Below are positions 1 to 11,955 of a stretch of 64,000 nucleotides of DNA, in pieces. Position 1 is the first letter of the stretch. The number at the start of each line of letters is the position of its first letter. Source of the stretch: an uncultured Chloroflexia bacterium (lineage in GTDB: Bacteria; Chloroflexota; Anaerolineae; CG2-30-64-16); NCBI GenBank assembly GCA_963810095.1, contig CAWEMM010000009.1, positions 320,001 to 384,000 on the forward strand, given 5' to 3'. Under the pieces are notes generated by a model. That model saw only the letters and a list, made by a program, of their open reading frames with translations. It was not told the origin of the DNA and ran no database searches. Made by a program: the position numbers and the translations under genes.

Positions 1-236
1 TCGAGCAGTGCCTTCAGCTTGAAGAGATACTGGATGCGGCTGGGCGCGGGCACCCGCCGCCAGCCAGGGAAGGCTGCGAGCGCAGCCGTCGCCGCCTCGT
101 CCACCTCGGCCGCAGTCGACAGCGGCGTTAGCGCCATCACTTCGGCCGTTGCAGGATTCGTCACCTCGACGGCATCGCCGGCCGCGGCAGACTCGCGCCA
201 TCCGCCATTGACATAATTCCTAAGTCGTTCGGCCAT
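1..236 (-). CDS. iolA: CoA-acylating (methyl)malonate-semialdehyde dehydrogenase, N-terminal part (runs off window)
   Basis: Manual translation [16 protein letters not shown]...VTNPATAEV...[24 protein letters not shown] is a typical MmsA/IolA N-terminus; lies downstream of iolB-iolD. Confidence 0.8.
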   Translation of the reverse strand, partial: MAERLRNYVNGGWRESAAAGDAVEVTNPATAEVMALTPLSTAAEVDEAATAALAAFPGWRRVPAPSRIQYLFKLKALL

Positions 237-258
237 TGTTCGTCTCCCACTGGACATG

Positions 259-289
259 GACCTCCGAGGTTTCGAAAACCTCGGAGGTC
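259..289. repeat. Palindromic repeat family A (GACCTCCGAGGTTT..AAACCTCGGAGGTC), copy 1
   Basis: Inverted repeat between iolD and iolA; related copies at 14044, 23849, 24328 and 54145. Confidence 0.8.
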
Positions 290-301
290 TCTCTTGTCGC
301 C

Positions 302-2209
<1,908 letters not shown>

Positions 2210-2249
2210 GAGCTATCCTCCTTGATCACTTGCCATGCGTCGCTGACGG

Positions 2250-2283
2250 AATAGGACACTGATTGTACTGACTGCGTCCTATT
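2250..2283. repeat. Palindromic repeat family C, short copy (AATAGGAC...GTCCTATT)
   Basis: Same termini as the longer copies at 11844, 35491 and 51797; overlaps the iolB stop codon. Confidence 0.6.
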
Positions 2284-3184
2284 CCGTCCTCGCGACCGGA
2301 TAAATCGGCACGCGCGGGTCGAGTCCGTGGTACGAATCCTTGACCCAAGCGAAGTCGGGGTCATCCTTGGCGGCCAGGCTCTGCGCCGAGCCGGCGAGCA
2401 CGTTAAGGTAGTAGGTGGTGTAGCCCACCGGGCTCGAGACCGGGTGGTAGCCCTCGGGAATCAGGACCACGTCGTCGTTGCGGGCAATGACCGCGGCGTC
2501 GATGGGGAAGCCGGCCGCGTGCAGCGGCGATTCGGCATCCGTGTAAATGCGCTGGAGCGCATACCCTTCCGGCCGGTCGATCTTGTAGTAATAGATCTCG
2601 TCCAGGTCGGCCTGCAGCAGGCTCCCGTCCGGTTTGGCGGTGTGAACGTCGTGCTTGTGGGGGGGATAGCTCGACCAGTTGCCGCCCGGGGTGTAGACCT
2701 CGACGACCACGAGCCGCTGGCAGGGGAAGCCGGGAGGGATCATGCGGTTGATCTGCCGGGTGGCATGGTCGCCGCCGCGGATTTCCACCGTCACGTCTTC
2801 CGGCGCGACCAACCGGGGCTCGAACTCCTCGCTCGCCGGGACCCAGGCCACGCCAAACTCCGCGCTGCGATCGGCTTTGACGGTGAACCTCGTCCCGGTC
2901 GGCAAATACAGTGCGTGCGGGAGCCCGGCGAACACGTTCGCGCGCCGGCCCAGCCCTGCCCATTCGCCGCGATTGGACGACACGCTGACCGTGCCCCCGA
3001 GCACGACCAGGGCGAGTTCGTTCGTGCCTGTTTCCAACTCCCACGTCTGCCCCGGCGCCAGCCGGCGCGCCTGGAAATTGATCGTGTCCCAGCCGGCGGC
3101 CTGTGGCGTCACCGCGACGATTAGGTTGGGGTCGGGGCCGAACGACGGGTGTACGACCAGGTTTTCAGCGTCGTATTGTCGCAT
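2279..3184 (-). CDS. iolB: 5-deoxy-glucuronate isomerase
   Basis: EVYTPGGNWSSYPPHKHD, EIYYY, GYHPV and YYLNVLAG motifs; start chosen at MRQYD. Confidence 0.93.
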   Translation of the reverse strand: MRQYDAENLVVHPSFGPDPNLIVAVTPQAAGWDTINFQARRLAPGQTWELETGTNELALVVLGGTVSVSSNRGEWAGLGRRANVFAGLPHALYLPTGTRFTVKADRSAEFGVAWVPASEEFEPRLVAPEDVTVEIRGGDHATRQINRMIPPGFPCQRLVVVEVYTPGGNWSSYPPHKHDVHTAKPDGSLLQADLDEIYYYKIDRPEGYALQRIYTDAESPLHAAGFPIDAAVIARNDDVVLIPEGYHPVSSPVGYTTYYLNVLAGSAQSLAAKDDPDFAWVKDSYHGLDPRVPIYPVARTE

Positions 3185-3284
3185 TCTGCAGCACCTCCAC
3201 CACAGTGCACCCCGAAAGTCGAAGGCCACCCCACCGAGCCACTGGGGCACACGCGGCGGCTCGGAGAGCTCAGCCGCAGGCCTT

Positions 3285-4229
3285 CTAGGATGGGTCGGGG
3301 ACCACCGGCGCAATCCAGAGCGCCGCCAGGCGATCCGCAAGATCGGCGAAGCGACCCGCATCCCAGGCGTTTCCGCTCCCGACAGGCCATTGGCCCCCCA
3401 GGGCCGCCCGCCAACGCGATGGGATCGCGGCTAAGCCGTAGGCGGCGCCGGCCAGCGCCCCGGCAACACTGGCCGCGGTATCGGCATCGTTCCCGAGGTT
3501 CGCGACCTGGACGACGGCCTCCTCAAAAGAGTTCGTCGTGAGCAGGCCCCACACCGCGCTCTCGAGCGTGTGGCGAACCCAGCCCGTGTTCTTGAGTTCG
3601 TCGCGCGTCCTCGTGGGAGCGGCTTCGACCATGGACCGCACGGCATCGGGCAGCTCGACATCCTGGCCGGCCCTCGCCACGGCCTCGCCGGGCAGCGCGC
3701 CTTGCAAGAGGTGGAAGATCGTAATGTTGATAAAGGCAGACCCGGCCACGCAGTCGACGTGCGGGTGGGTGATGCGGCCCTGTAACTCGCTTGCTTCGAG
3801 CAGGCCCTGCTGGTTGCGGTGGTACGCAAGCGCAACCGGCCAGCAGCGCATCACCGACCCGTTACCGGCCGAGTTCGGCCGGCTCGCCTGGACGGCCTCG
3901 GCCGCCGCCCGCCATCGCTCGCCCGCCTCGATCCTGCGCAATGCGCTGCTCGTCTGAATGCCGACATCGCTCGGCCCTGTCCGGTACCACGCGACGAAAT
4001 GGCCGGCCAGGTTATCCGGGTCCAGCGGATAGCGTTCGAGCAGGCTGTCGGCAAGCGCCAAAGCCATTTCCGTGTCGTCCGTGAACGAACCGGCAGGAAT
4101 CCGCCCGGGCTGCATCTCCCGGACCAGTCGGTCGCTCGGGACCCGCTCCTTGAACTCAAGCGGCATGCCCAACGCGTCGCCGATGGCCGCGCCCACCGCG
4201 ACCCCGCGTAACCTATCCTCTAGCTCCAA
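3285..4229 (-). CDS. ADP-ribosylglycohydrolase (DraG/ARH family)
   Basis: GAAIGDALG, FTDDT, AGNGSVMR, ITHPH and GNDADT motifs. Confidence 0.9.
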   Translation of the reverse strand: MELEDRLRGVAVGAAIGDALGMPLEFKERVPSDRLVREMQPGRIPAGSFTDDTEMALALADSLLERYPLDPDNLAGHFVAWYRTGPSDVGIQTSSALRRIEAGERWRAAAEAVQASRPNSAGNGSVMRCWPVALAYHRNQQGLLEASELQGRITHPHVDCVAGSAFINITIFHLLQGALPGEAVARAGQDVELPDAVRSMVEAAPTRTRDELKNTGWVRHTLESAVWGLLTTNSFEEAVVQVANLGNDADTAASVAGALAGAAYGLAAIPSRWRAALGGQWPVGSGNAWDAGRFADLADRLAALWIAPVVPDPS

Positions 4230-4259
4230 CGGTCGCCTCCGTCGAACGACACGGCATAC

Positions 4260-4758
4260 TTATGGTACGCTGTTGGCGGGAGCTTGCCCGAACGCCTGCA
4301 ACTCTGCCTGGATGTCGCGGCCGAGCTCCATCAGGTGCATCGCGTGCGCCTGCAGCGCCCGGTCTTCCTCAGTGTCGGGTTCCCACTTGGGGACGGACGT
4401 CGGCCGCCCCTCGGCGTCGATGGCCACGTAGACCATCAGGCAACTTGTGGTTTGCTCGTATTCGCCCTGGCGGGGGTCACGCGAGCAGACGCGGACCGCG
4501 ATGTGCATGCTGGTGCGGCCGGTATAGACCAGCCGCGCCGCGCAGCTCGACGATGTGCCCCAGGGTGACCGGCTTGTGGAAGGTGATGCCGCTGACCGAG
4601 ACCGTGACGCACGGCAGGCCGCACCAGCCCGCCGCGCACGCGTACGCGGCCTCGTCCATCCACTTCATCATGATGCCGCCGTGGACGTTGCCGTATAGGT
4701 TCCGGTCCGCCGAACCGGCGAGGAACCGCATCGTGAATTCGCGATCTTTGCCTGGCAT
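4260..4758 (-). CDS. Hotdog-fold acyl-CoA thioesterase (one frameshift near 4535)
   Basis: NLYGNVHGGIMMKWMDEAAYACA in one frame and ...VYVAIDAEGRPTSVP in another. Confidence 0.85.
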
Positions 4759-4883
4759 GGCCACCCTCCGCTGGCAGATTGCTGCAGCCGATTATACAAC
4801 GTAGCCGCCGTTTGCGCTTCGCCCTCTGGCGCGCCGGGCCGGAGGGGGCACGGTCAGAGACCGCCGCCAGCTCATGCCCGTTA

Positions 4884-5759
4884 TCAAGCTCGCACGACGA
4901 CCGGATTTTCCAACGTCCCTACTCTCTCGATCTCCACCCGCACGACGTCCCCATTTCGCAGCCAACGCTGCGGCGTCCGCGCCATCCCCACCCCTGAGGG
5001 CGTGCCGGTGGCGATCACGTCCCCCGGCTCCAGCGTCATGACAAGACTCATGTCGGCAATCAGGTGTGCGACGCTGAAGATCATCAGGCTGGTGTGCCCC
5101 CGCTGCAGCACTTCGCCGCTGACCACTGTGCGGAGCACGAGGTTCTGCACATCGGGCACCTCGTCGGCCGTCACCAGGGCCGGCCCCATCGGGCAGAAGG
5201 TGTCGGGCGTTTTGCCCAGCGTCCACTGGCTGGTTCGCATCTGCCAGTCGCGCGCGCTGACGTCGTTCAGGGGCAGGTATCCTGCGACGAACGACAGGGC
5301 GTCTGCCTCTGGTATTTCGCGCCCGCGCCGGCCAATGACCACCCCGAGCTCGCCCTCAAAATCAGGCTGCTTGACTGCGGGGGGAACCACGATGGCCTCC
5401 CCGTGCCCGATCACCGCGTTTGCATACTTGGCGAAGATGATGGGAAAGGGCGGGGCCTCACTGCCGGTCTCGTTCGCGTGGTCGAGGTAGTTCTTGCCGA
5501 TGCAGATGATCTTCCCGGGACGCGCGATAGGCGCCATGAGGGTAACTGCCCCGGCGTCCAGCCCGGCTGAGGGTGCGGCAGAGGCGAGCGCCTGACGTGC
5601 GAGCGCCAGCGCGTCGGGGCCGGCTGCCAGGAAGGCGAGCATGTCGCTCGGAAGGGCAGGATCGAGCCGGTTGAGGTCGAAGATCCTTTCGCCGTCCCCG
5701 TCCCGGACCAGCGCGCCCAGGCGGATGGCATCATTGTGAACGAAGGTGACAAGCTTCAT
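4884..5759 (-). CDS. Fumarylacetoacetate hydrolase family protein
   Basis: KIICIGKNYLDH, DFEGEL, NDVSARDWQ, GKTPDTFCPMGP, PGDVIATGTPSGVG. Confidence 0.92.
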   Translation of the reverse strand: MKLVTFVHNDAIRLGALVRDGDGERIFDLNRLDPALPSDMLAFLAAGPDALALARQALASAAPSAGLDAGAVTLMAPIARPGKIICIGKNYLDHANETGSEAPPFPIIFAKYANAVIGHGEAIVVPPAVKQPDFEGELGVVIGRRGREIPEADALSFVAGYLPLNDVSARDWQMRTSQWTLGKTPDTFCPMGPALVTADEVPDVQNLVLRTVVSGEVLQRGHTSLMIFSVAHLIADMSLVMTLEPGDVIATGTPSGVGMARTPQRWLRNGDVVRVEIERVGTLENPVVVRA

Positions 5760-6072
5760 GGGGTTTGTGCTCCGCAGGTTGATCTGAAAGAGAACGCTGA
5801 TAAAGCTCGGCGGTCGCTGGTCCGGGCGCCGGGAAGCGACCGGATAGGCTGAAGTAGTATAGCACATGCGCCGGCCGGCACATGCCCACGTGGAGGGCCC
5901 AAAGGTCCGTTCGCTCGCCCCGGCGACCTCGTGTTTGGCCCTCCCGGCATGGTCTGCGCACTCGATGCCGCGGCGTCAGGCAGCGCGGCAGCTCCCGCTT
6001 TTGCTTCGGGTGTAGTATGCTGTAAGTCACATAACGACAAAGGGACCGGGGACGTAGCGAAAGGAGAGTGTG

Positions 6073-7170
6073 ATGGACACGTTTCGGAGTATTCTGAGCC
6101 GGTTGAACTGGATGCAGCGGTACCTCTTAGAGGAATACGTTGAGGATTACCAGGAAGGGGCATTGACGCGCCGCGAAGCGCTGAAGTACCTCACTGCCGT
6201 GCTCGGCACTGCGGCAGCGGCTGCGACCGTGCTGACAGCCTGCACGCCTGAAGCGGCGCCGGCGGGCACCGCTGAAGCCACGGCGGCAGGGGTTGGCGGA
6301 TCGGGAACCGCACGTGCGGTAGCAACGGCGCCCCGCGCCACCCGCGCACCGGGGCCGACGCCCGAGGAGACCCGGGCCGCAGCCACGGCCGCCGTCATTG
6401 CGACGACGGACACCTCGGCCGCGCCTACGCCAACCCCCGCGCCCGCCGGAGTCAGTGTTCCGGCAGACGATGCCGGCCTCGACGCCCGCGATCTGACTTT
6501 TTCCGGCTCCGGCCTAGAACTCAGCGCGTACCTCGCAAAGCCAAAGGGCGTCGGGCCATTCCCCGCGATCCTCGTGTGCCATGAGAATCGCGGATTGACC
6601 GACCACATTAAGGATGTGACGCGCAGGCTGACGCGAGCCGGATACGTGGGCCTGGCGGTCGACCTGCTCTCATCCGAGGGCGGCACGGACAAGGTGAGCG
6701 ATCCGGCGCAAATCCCGGGCATCCTGAGCGGCACCCCGCCCGACGAGCTCGCAGGCTATTTCCTGAGCGCCATCGCATATTTGCAGGCACAGCCTTTCGT
6801 CCGAAAGGACCAGCTGGGCATGGTCGGCTTCTGTTTCGGCGGGGGCATGACCTGGCTGGTGGCGACCAAGGCGCCCGAACTGAAGGCCGCGGTGCCCTTC
6901 TACGGTCCCAATCCCCCGCTGGAGGCCGTTCCCAATATTCGAGCCGCAGTTCTGGCGATGTACGGAGAGAACGACCAGCGGATCAACGCAGGCATCCCGG
7001 CGATCGAGGAAGCGATGCGCAAGAACGGGAAGGTGTTCGAGAAGGTGATCTATCCAGGTGCAAGCCACGCCTTCCATAACGACACCGGCCGCAACTACGA
7101 CCCGAAGGCGGCCGTCGATGCCTGGGCCCGCACGCTGGCTTGGTTCGATAAGTACGTGAAGCGCACTTAG
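6073..7170 (+). CDS. Dienelactone hydrolase family protein with Tat-like signal and lipobox
   Basis: LTRREALK...LTAC followed by an Ala/Pro/Thr linker; HENRGL, GFCFGGG nucleophile elbow, HAFHND. Confidence 0.9.
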   Translation: MDTFRSILSRLNWMQRYLLEEYVEDYQEGALTRREALKYLTAVLGTAAAAATVLTACTPEAAPAGTAEATAAGVGGSGTARAVATAPRATRAPGPTPEETRAAATAAVIATTDTSAAPTPTPAPAGVSVPADDAGLDARDLTFSGSGLELSAYLAKPKGVGPFPAILVCHENRGLTDHIKDVTRRLTRAGYVGLAVDLLSSEGGTDKVSDPAQIPGILSGTPPDELAGYFLSAIAYLQAQPFVRKDQLGMVGFCFGGGMTWLVATKAPELKAAVPFYGPNPPLEAVPNIRAAVLAMYGENDQRINAGIPAIEEAMRKNGKVFEKVIYPGASHAFHNDTGRNYDPKAAVDAWARTLAWFDKYVKRT

Positions 7171-7177
7171 CGCGCCG

Positions 7178-7217
7178 GCGGGCACGGATACGGCGCAGCT
7201 TCTGTGTCCGTGCCCGC
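7178..7217 (+). terminator. Stem-loop after the DLH gene, probable terminator
   Basis: GCGGGCACGGATAC...GTGTCCGTGCCCGC inverted repeat directly after the stop codon. Confidence 0.55.
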
Positions 7218-7266
7218 TTCTCAGCCCGGGGCCAACCGCCTTCTTCGGCGCGGCGCCTCCCTCTCT

Positions 7267-7308
7267 TGTAAACTCCCACTTGACACGATAGTCATTCCGT
7301 AATATAAA
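7267..7308 (+). promoter_or_regulatory. Sigma70 promoter TTGACA-17-TATAAA with operator palindrome TGTAAACTCCCACTTGACA
   Basis: -35 at 7280-7285 and -10 at 7303-7308; the 19-bp motif is shared with other island promoters. Confidence 0.75.
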
Positions 7309-7575
7309 AGGCATGATCGTCCGCCTTGTGCGACGACGCTATGCCAACCACGAACCACGAACGAGAGACCGACTAAGCCATGCCCGCGGGTTGCGGACGC
7401 GGCGCCGTAGATGGCTGCGCTCGCGTCGCGGGCGCACGGCGGCCTTACCGGCGCCGAAACTGGCGTGGCCTGCTGCTGAAAATGCCCCACGTATCGCGGG
7501 GTCGTCAGCGGCGCCATCAGTGCCGGCAGTACGGGGCGGATGCCTTCGCAACCGGGCCATTCCGAGGGAGGTACC

Positions 7576-8328
7576 ATGAATCTGAATGGAAAGGTCGCTC
7601 TGGTCACCGGCGGAGCGGTCCGGGTTGGCCGGTCGATCTCGCTGGGGCTGGCGCGCGCCGGTGCAGACGTCGTCGTCAACTATAATTCTTCAGAGCGGCA
7701 AGCCGAGCAGACCGAGGCCGACATTGTCGCGCTGGGCCGCCGGGCAATGCGCTGCCAGGCGGACGTGTCGAAGGAAGCCCAGGTCCGGGCCATGATTGAC
7801 GCGACGATGGAGCGGTTCGGCCGGCTCGACGTCCTGATCAACAGCGCGTCCATCTGGAAAGGCACCCCTTGGCCCGACATCAGCGAGACCGAATGGGACC
7901 TCTTGAACGGCGTGGTGGCGAAAGGGTCATTCTTCTGCACGAAGGCCGCTGCGCCCCACTTGGCCGCCCACGGTGATGGCGCGATTGTCAACATCGTCGA
8001 TTTGTCGGCGTTCCGGCCCTTCGTCGGCTACCTGCCCCACTCCGCTGCTAAGGGTGCGCTGCTCAACATGACCTACGCGTTCGCGATCGAGATGGCACCT
8101 GAAGTCCGGGTCAATGCGGTCGCACCGGGGGCTGTTCTGGCGCCGCCCGGCCTCACAGAAGACGACCTCGCCATCGCGGCGCGTGCGACGCTTCTGCAAC
8201 GCTGGGGCGAGGCCGAAGATGTCACCAGGACCGTTGTCTTCCTGGTGGAGTCGCCCTACATCACGGGCGCCGTGATTCCCGTGGACGGGGGCGAGATGCT
8301 GGCCTGGCGCAGGCCCTGTTTCGACTGA
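7576..8328 (+). CDS. SDR oxidoreductase, pteridine reductase (PTR1/FolM)-like
   Basis: TGGAVRVGRSI, NIVD, HSAAK in place of YxxxK, RVNAVAPG, VDGG; GGAGG RBS. Confidence 0.8.
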   Translation: MNLNGKVALVTGGAVRVGRSISLGLARAGADVVVNYNSSERQAEQTEADIVALGRRAMRCQADVSKEAQVRAMIDATMERFGRLDVLINSASIWKGTPWPDISETEWDLLNGVVAKGSFFCTKAAAPHLAAHGDGAIVNIVDLSAFRPFVGYLPHSAAKGALLNMTYAFAIEMAPEVRVNAVAPGAVLAPPGLTEDDLAIAARATLLQRWGEAEDVTRTVVFLVESPYITGAVIPVDGGEMLAWRRPCFD

Positions 8329-8346
8329 GAACAAAGGATCGCGCGT

Positions 8347-9734
8347 ATGCAGATCATTATGCCCAAACTGGGCCTGACCATGACGCAAGGCACCATCACG
8401 GAGTGGCTGAAGTCGCCCGGCGACGCCGTCCGGGCCGAAGAGGCCCTGTGCGCGTACGAGACGGAGAAGGTCACGCTCGAGTTGGTCGCGCCGGAAGACG
8501 GCGTCCTGGTCGAGATCCTCGCACCTGCGGGCGCGACGGTGCCCGCCGGCGGGCCGGTGTGCGAGTTCCGAGTGGGCGCGGCCGTGGGCGCGGAGGCGAC
8601 CGCGACTGCACCCGTGGCAGCGCAGGCCGGTCCGGTCCTCGCGACGCCGAAGGCGCGTGCCCTGGCACGTGAGCGGGGGGTGGCGCTGGCTGCACTGAGC
8701 GGCAGCGGCCCGGCCGGCCGGATACAGGCGGCCGATGTGGCGGCCGTAGCCGGCGCAGGAGCGCGACCCGCAGGTGGCCCCTGCCGGCGGAGGCCCGCTC
8801 AAGGCGACGCCGCTTGGCCCGCAAGATGGCGGCCGCCGAAGGGATCGATCTGGCTGCCCTGGAGGGCACGGGTCCCGAAGGCACGGTGACGCGCGAAGAT
8901 GTTGAGCAGGCAGTGGTGCAACGGGGGGCGCATCCTTCGACTCCGGCCGGAACGGCCTACGCTCAGGATCTCTTGCCACAAGCGCAGCCACTGCATCCTG
9001 AGCGGAGCGCGTCCCACTGGGACGCCGCGCAGCCGAAGGATGTGACCACAGGCGAGACCGTCCTCCCACACTCCGTGCTCCGCCGCACCATCGCCGAGCG
9101 CATGAGCCAGTCCGCCTTCACGGCGCCGCACGTCACGCTGATGACCGAGGCCGACGCAGCCAATCTCGTTTCGGCCCGCGCACAACTGAACCAAGAGACG
9201 CCTCCCGATAAAAAGATCAGCTACAATGCCCTGTTTTCGGCGTTGGTTGCCAAGGCGCTCAAGGACTATCCGGGGCTCAATGCGCGCTGGGAGGCGGACG
9301 GCGTTCACCTGCTGGCCGATGTCAACATCGCGTTGGCGGTTGATACGGAACGCGGGCTGATGACGCCGGTCTTGCAGGGCGTCGATCGCCTTAACCTGCC
9401 GGCCGTGCAAGCAGGTTTCGCTGCGCTCGTGTCTCGGGCCCTGGCCGGCAGATCGCTGCCAGGCGACTTCGACGGCGGCACGTTCACCATCACGAACCTG
9501 GGCGCCAGCGACATCGACGGCTTCACGCCGATTATCAACCCGCCGCAGGCCGCCATCCTGGGCATCGGCAGGATCATTGAGAAGCCGGTCGCGCGCGACG
9601 GCGCGGTGGTGATTCGCCCCATGGTTACGTTGAGCCTAAGCTTCGACCACCGCATCGTCGACGGTGGGCCGGCGGGCAGGTTCCTGCAGCGAATCAAGCA
9701 ACTCGTGGAAAGGCCCATGGCGCTGCTCCTATGA
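8347..9734 (+). CDS. Dihydrolipoamide acyltransferase E2 (lipoyl domain, two E3-binding domains, catalytic domain; frameshift near 8790)
   Basis: MPKLGLTM...ETEKV lipoyl motif; GSGPAGRI and GTGPEG PSBD motifs; FTITNLG and SFDHRIVDG. Confidence 0.9.
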
Positions 9735-11083
9735 CTCATGTATCCTGATCGAGAACGGCACGCTGCTCTCGCCCGGTGCGTCCGGGGCTCACGGAAACCG
9801 TGGGCTGGGTGGCGCTCGAAGGCGAGAGCGTCGCCGCGATCGGTCCGGGGGCCGCGCCGCCAAGAGTGGCGCGGCTCGTGCCCAGCGGCTCATCGACGCC
9901 CGGCACATGGCCGTGCTGCCCGGCCTGGTCAACGCGCACACCCACCTCTCGCAGACGTTCCTGCGCGGGCTGGCCGACGACCGGCCGCTGTTGCGCTGGC
10001 TCAAGGAAGTGATCTGGCCGGCCCAGGCCGCGATGACGCCCGAGGACCAGCACCTGGCCGCGCTGCTCGGGCTCGTCGAGAACCTGCACTGCGGCGCGGC
10101 GACGGTGGTCCAGCACCACAAGCTGCCGGGTTACGAGTACGAGGACGCGGTGTGCCGCGCCGCGGCCCAGGTGGGCGTACGGATGGTGCTGGCGCGCGGC
10201 TGGGTCGACCTGGGGGCTTCGGGCGAAGGTATCGACGCCATCCTGGCGGACATGACCCACCTGCACGATGACATGGGGCGGTGCGAACGGCGGCCGGATC
10301 ACGGTTGCTTCCGGGCCGCTGACCCCCTGGCGCTGCTGCGACGACGCGATGCGCGAGGCCACGGCCCTGGCACGCAGCTGGGGCGCAGCGACCCACATTC
10401 ATGTAGCCGAGGCCCAGGACGAAATCGACCTGCTCGAGCAGCGATGCGGCCGGCGCCACATCGAGTGGCTGGCCGATCTCGGCTGCCTGGGGCCCGACAC
10501 GCAATTGGTCCACGCCGTCCACGTCACCGACGGCGAACTCGACCTCATTGCCGCAGTCTGGCGCACAGGTCGTCCATTGCCCGACGAGCAACATGTACCT
10601 GGCATCCGGCGCCGCGCCGGTCCGCAAGATGCTGGACCGGGGCATCCCCGTGTTCGCTCGGCACCGACGGATCCGGGTCCAACAACTCGCAGGACCTGCT
10701 CGAATGCGCGAAGGTCGCGGCCCTGCTGGCGAAGCACTCGACCGGCGACGCGCAGGCGCTGGTTCCCGCAGAGGTCGTGCCGATGCTGCTGCCCGTGGCG
10801 TCCGGTGGCCGGCGGTGGCTCGAAGTGGGCGGGCCGGCCGACGTGACCATCGTGGACCTGAACAATGCCCGCTGCCAGCCCGTTCACAGCGTCGCCTCCG
10901 CACTGGTGTACAACGCGGCCGGCCCCGATGTCCACACCGTGATTGTCGGCGGGCAGATCTTGCTGGACGCCGGGCGAGTGACGACGGTCGACGAGAGCTG
11001 CGCTCCTGGACGCGTGCCGGGCGGCTGCGGGCCGGCTGATGGCGCGGGCGGGAATCACACCGGTGAGGCACGAGAATGGCTGA
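9731..11083 (+). CDS. Amidohydrolase, SsnA/MTA-SAH deaminase (COG0402) family #1 (frameshifted)
   Basis: PGLVNAHTHLSQT, HIHVAE, HCPTSNMYLASG and GTDGSGSNNSQD spread across frames. Confidence 0.85.
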
Positions 11084-11832
11084 GTTGCTCCCGATGGCAA
11101 CGTCTCTGGTCGGCAAGGTCGCGTTGGTGACGGGCGGCGGCATGCGGGTCGGCCGCGCCATCTAGCCTGGCATTGGCCCAGCGAGGCGCGGCGGTCGCCT
11201 TCACCCGCCTGTCGTGCGAGGAGTGCGAGCGCGACCGCGGACGAAATCGCCGAGTGCGGCGTGGAGGCGATGGCGCTGGAGCTCGACGTAACGCGAGCCG
11301 GGCGCGCCGGCGCAGGTCGTGGAGCGGGTGATCGAGCGGTTCGGCCGGATCGACATCCTGGTGAACAACGCGTCGGTGTGGCTCCGCGCCCCGTTCCTCG
11401 AGATCACGCCCGCCGCGTGGCAGCAGGCGCTCGACGTCAATCTGACCGGTCCGTTCCTGGTCAGCCAGGCCGTCGGCGCCGCACATGCTGCGGCAGGGGG
11501 GCGGCCTGATCGTGAACATCACCGATCTCTCGGCCTACCAGACGTGGAAGGAGTACGCGCATCATGCGGCCAGCAAAGCCGGCCTGGTGGCCCTGAGCCG
11601 CGTCATGGCGGCCGAGCTTGCGCCGCACGTGCGCGTCAACGCGATCGCGCCCGGCACCGTGCTCCTGCCCGAGGGCGCGCCCGACGCCAAGCGCGCTTGG
11701 GCCGAGGGCAACTCGCTGCTCAAGCGCGTCGGCCACCCGGAAGACGTGGCGCGCACTGTGCTCTATCTCGTCGACAGCGACTTCGCCACCGGCGGCGTCT
11801 ATTTCATCGACGGCGGCCGAGCTTTGGTTTGA
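11076..11832 (+). CDS. SDR oxidoreductase, pteridine reductase-like #2 (frameshifted)
   Basis: KVALVTGGGMRVGRAI, LVNNASVW, NITD, HAASK, RVNAIAPG; paralog of the gene at 7576. Confidence 0.8.
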
Positions 11833-11843
11833 GGGGAAATGGC

Positions 11844-11930
11844 ACGCAGATTGAATTGATCTGGCTGATCCACACGATCTTTTCGCAGAGATCAGTTCAA
11901 ATCAGTTCTATCGGTTAAATCGGCGTCCTA
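11844..11930. repeat. Palindromic repeat family C (ACGCAGATTGAATTGAT...ATCAGTTC...GCGTCCTA)
   Basis: Inverted arms built from ~9-nt GATTGAACT-like units; similar to 35491 and 51797. Confidence 0.75.
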
Positions 11931-11955
11931 CTTGGGCCTTCCTAAGGAGATCAAT

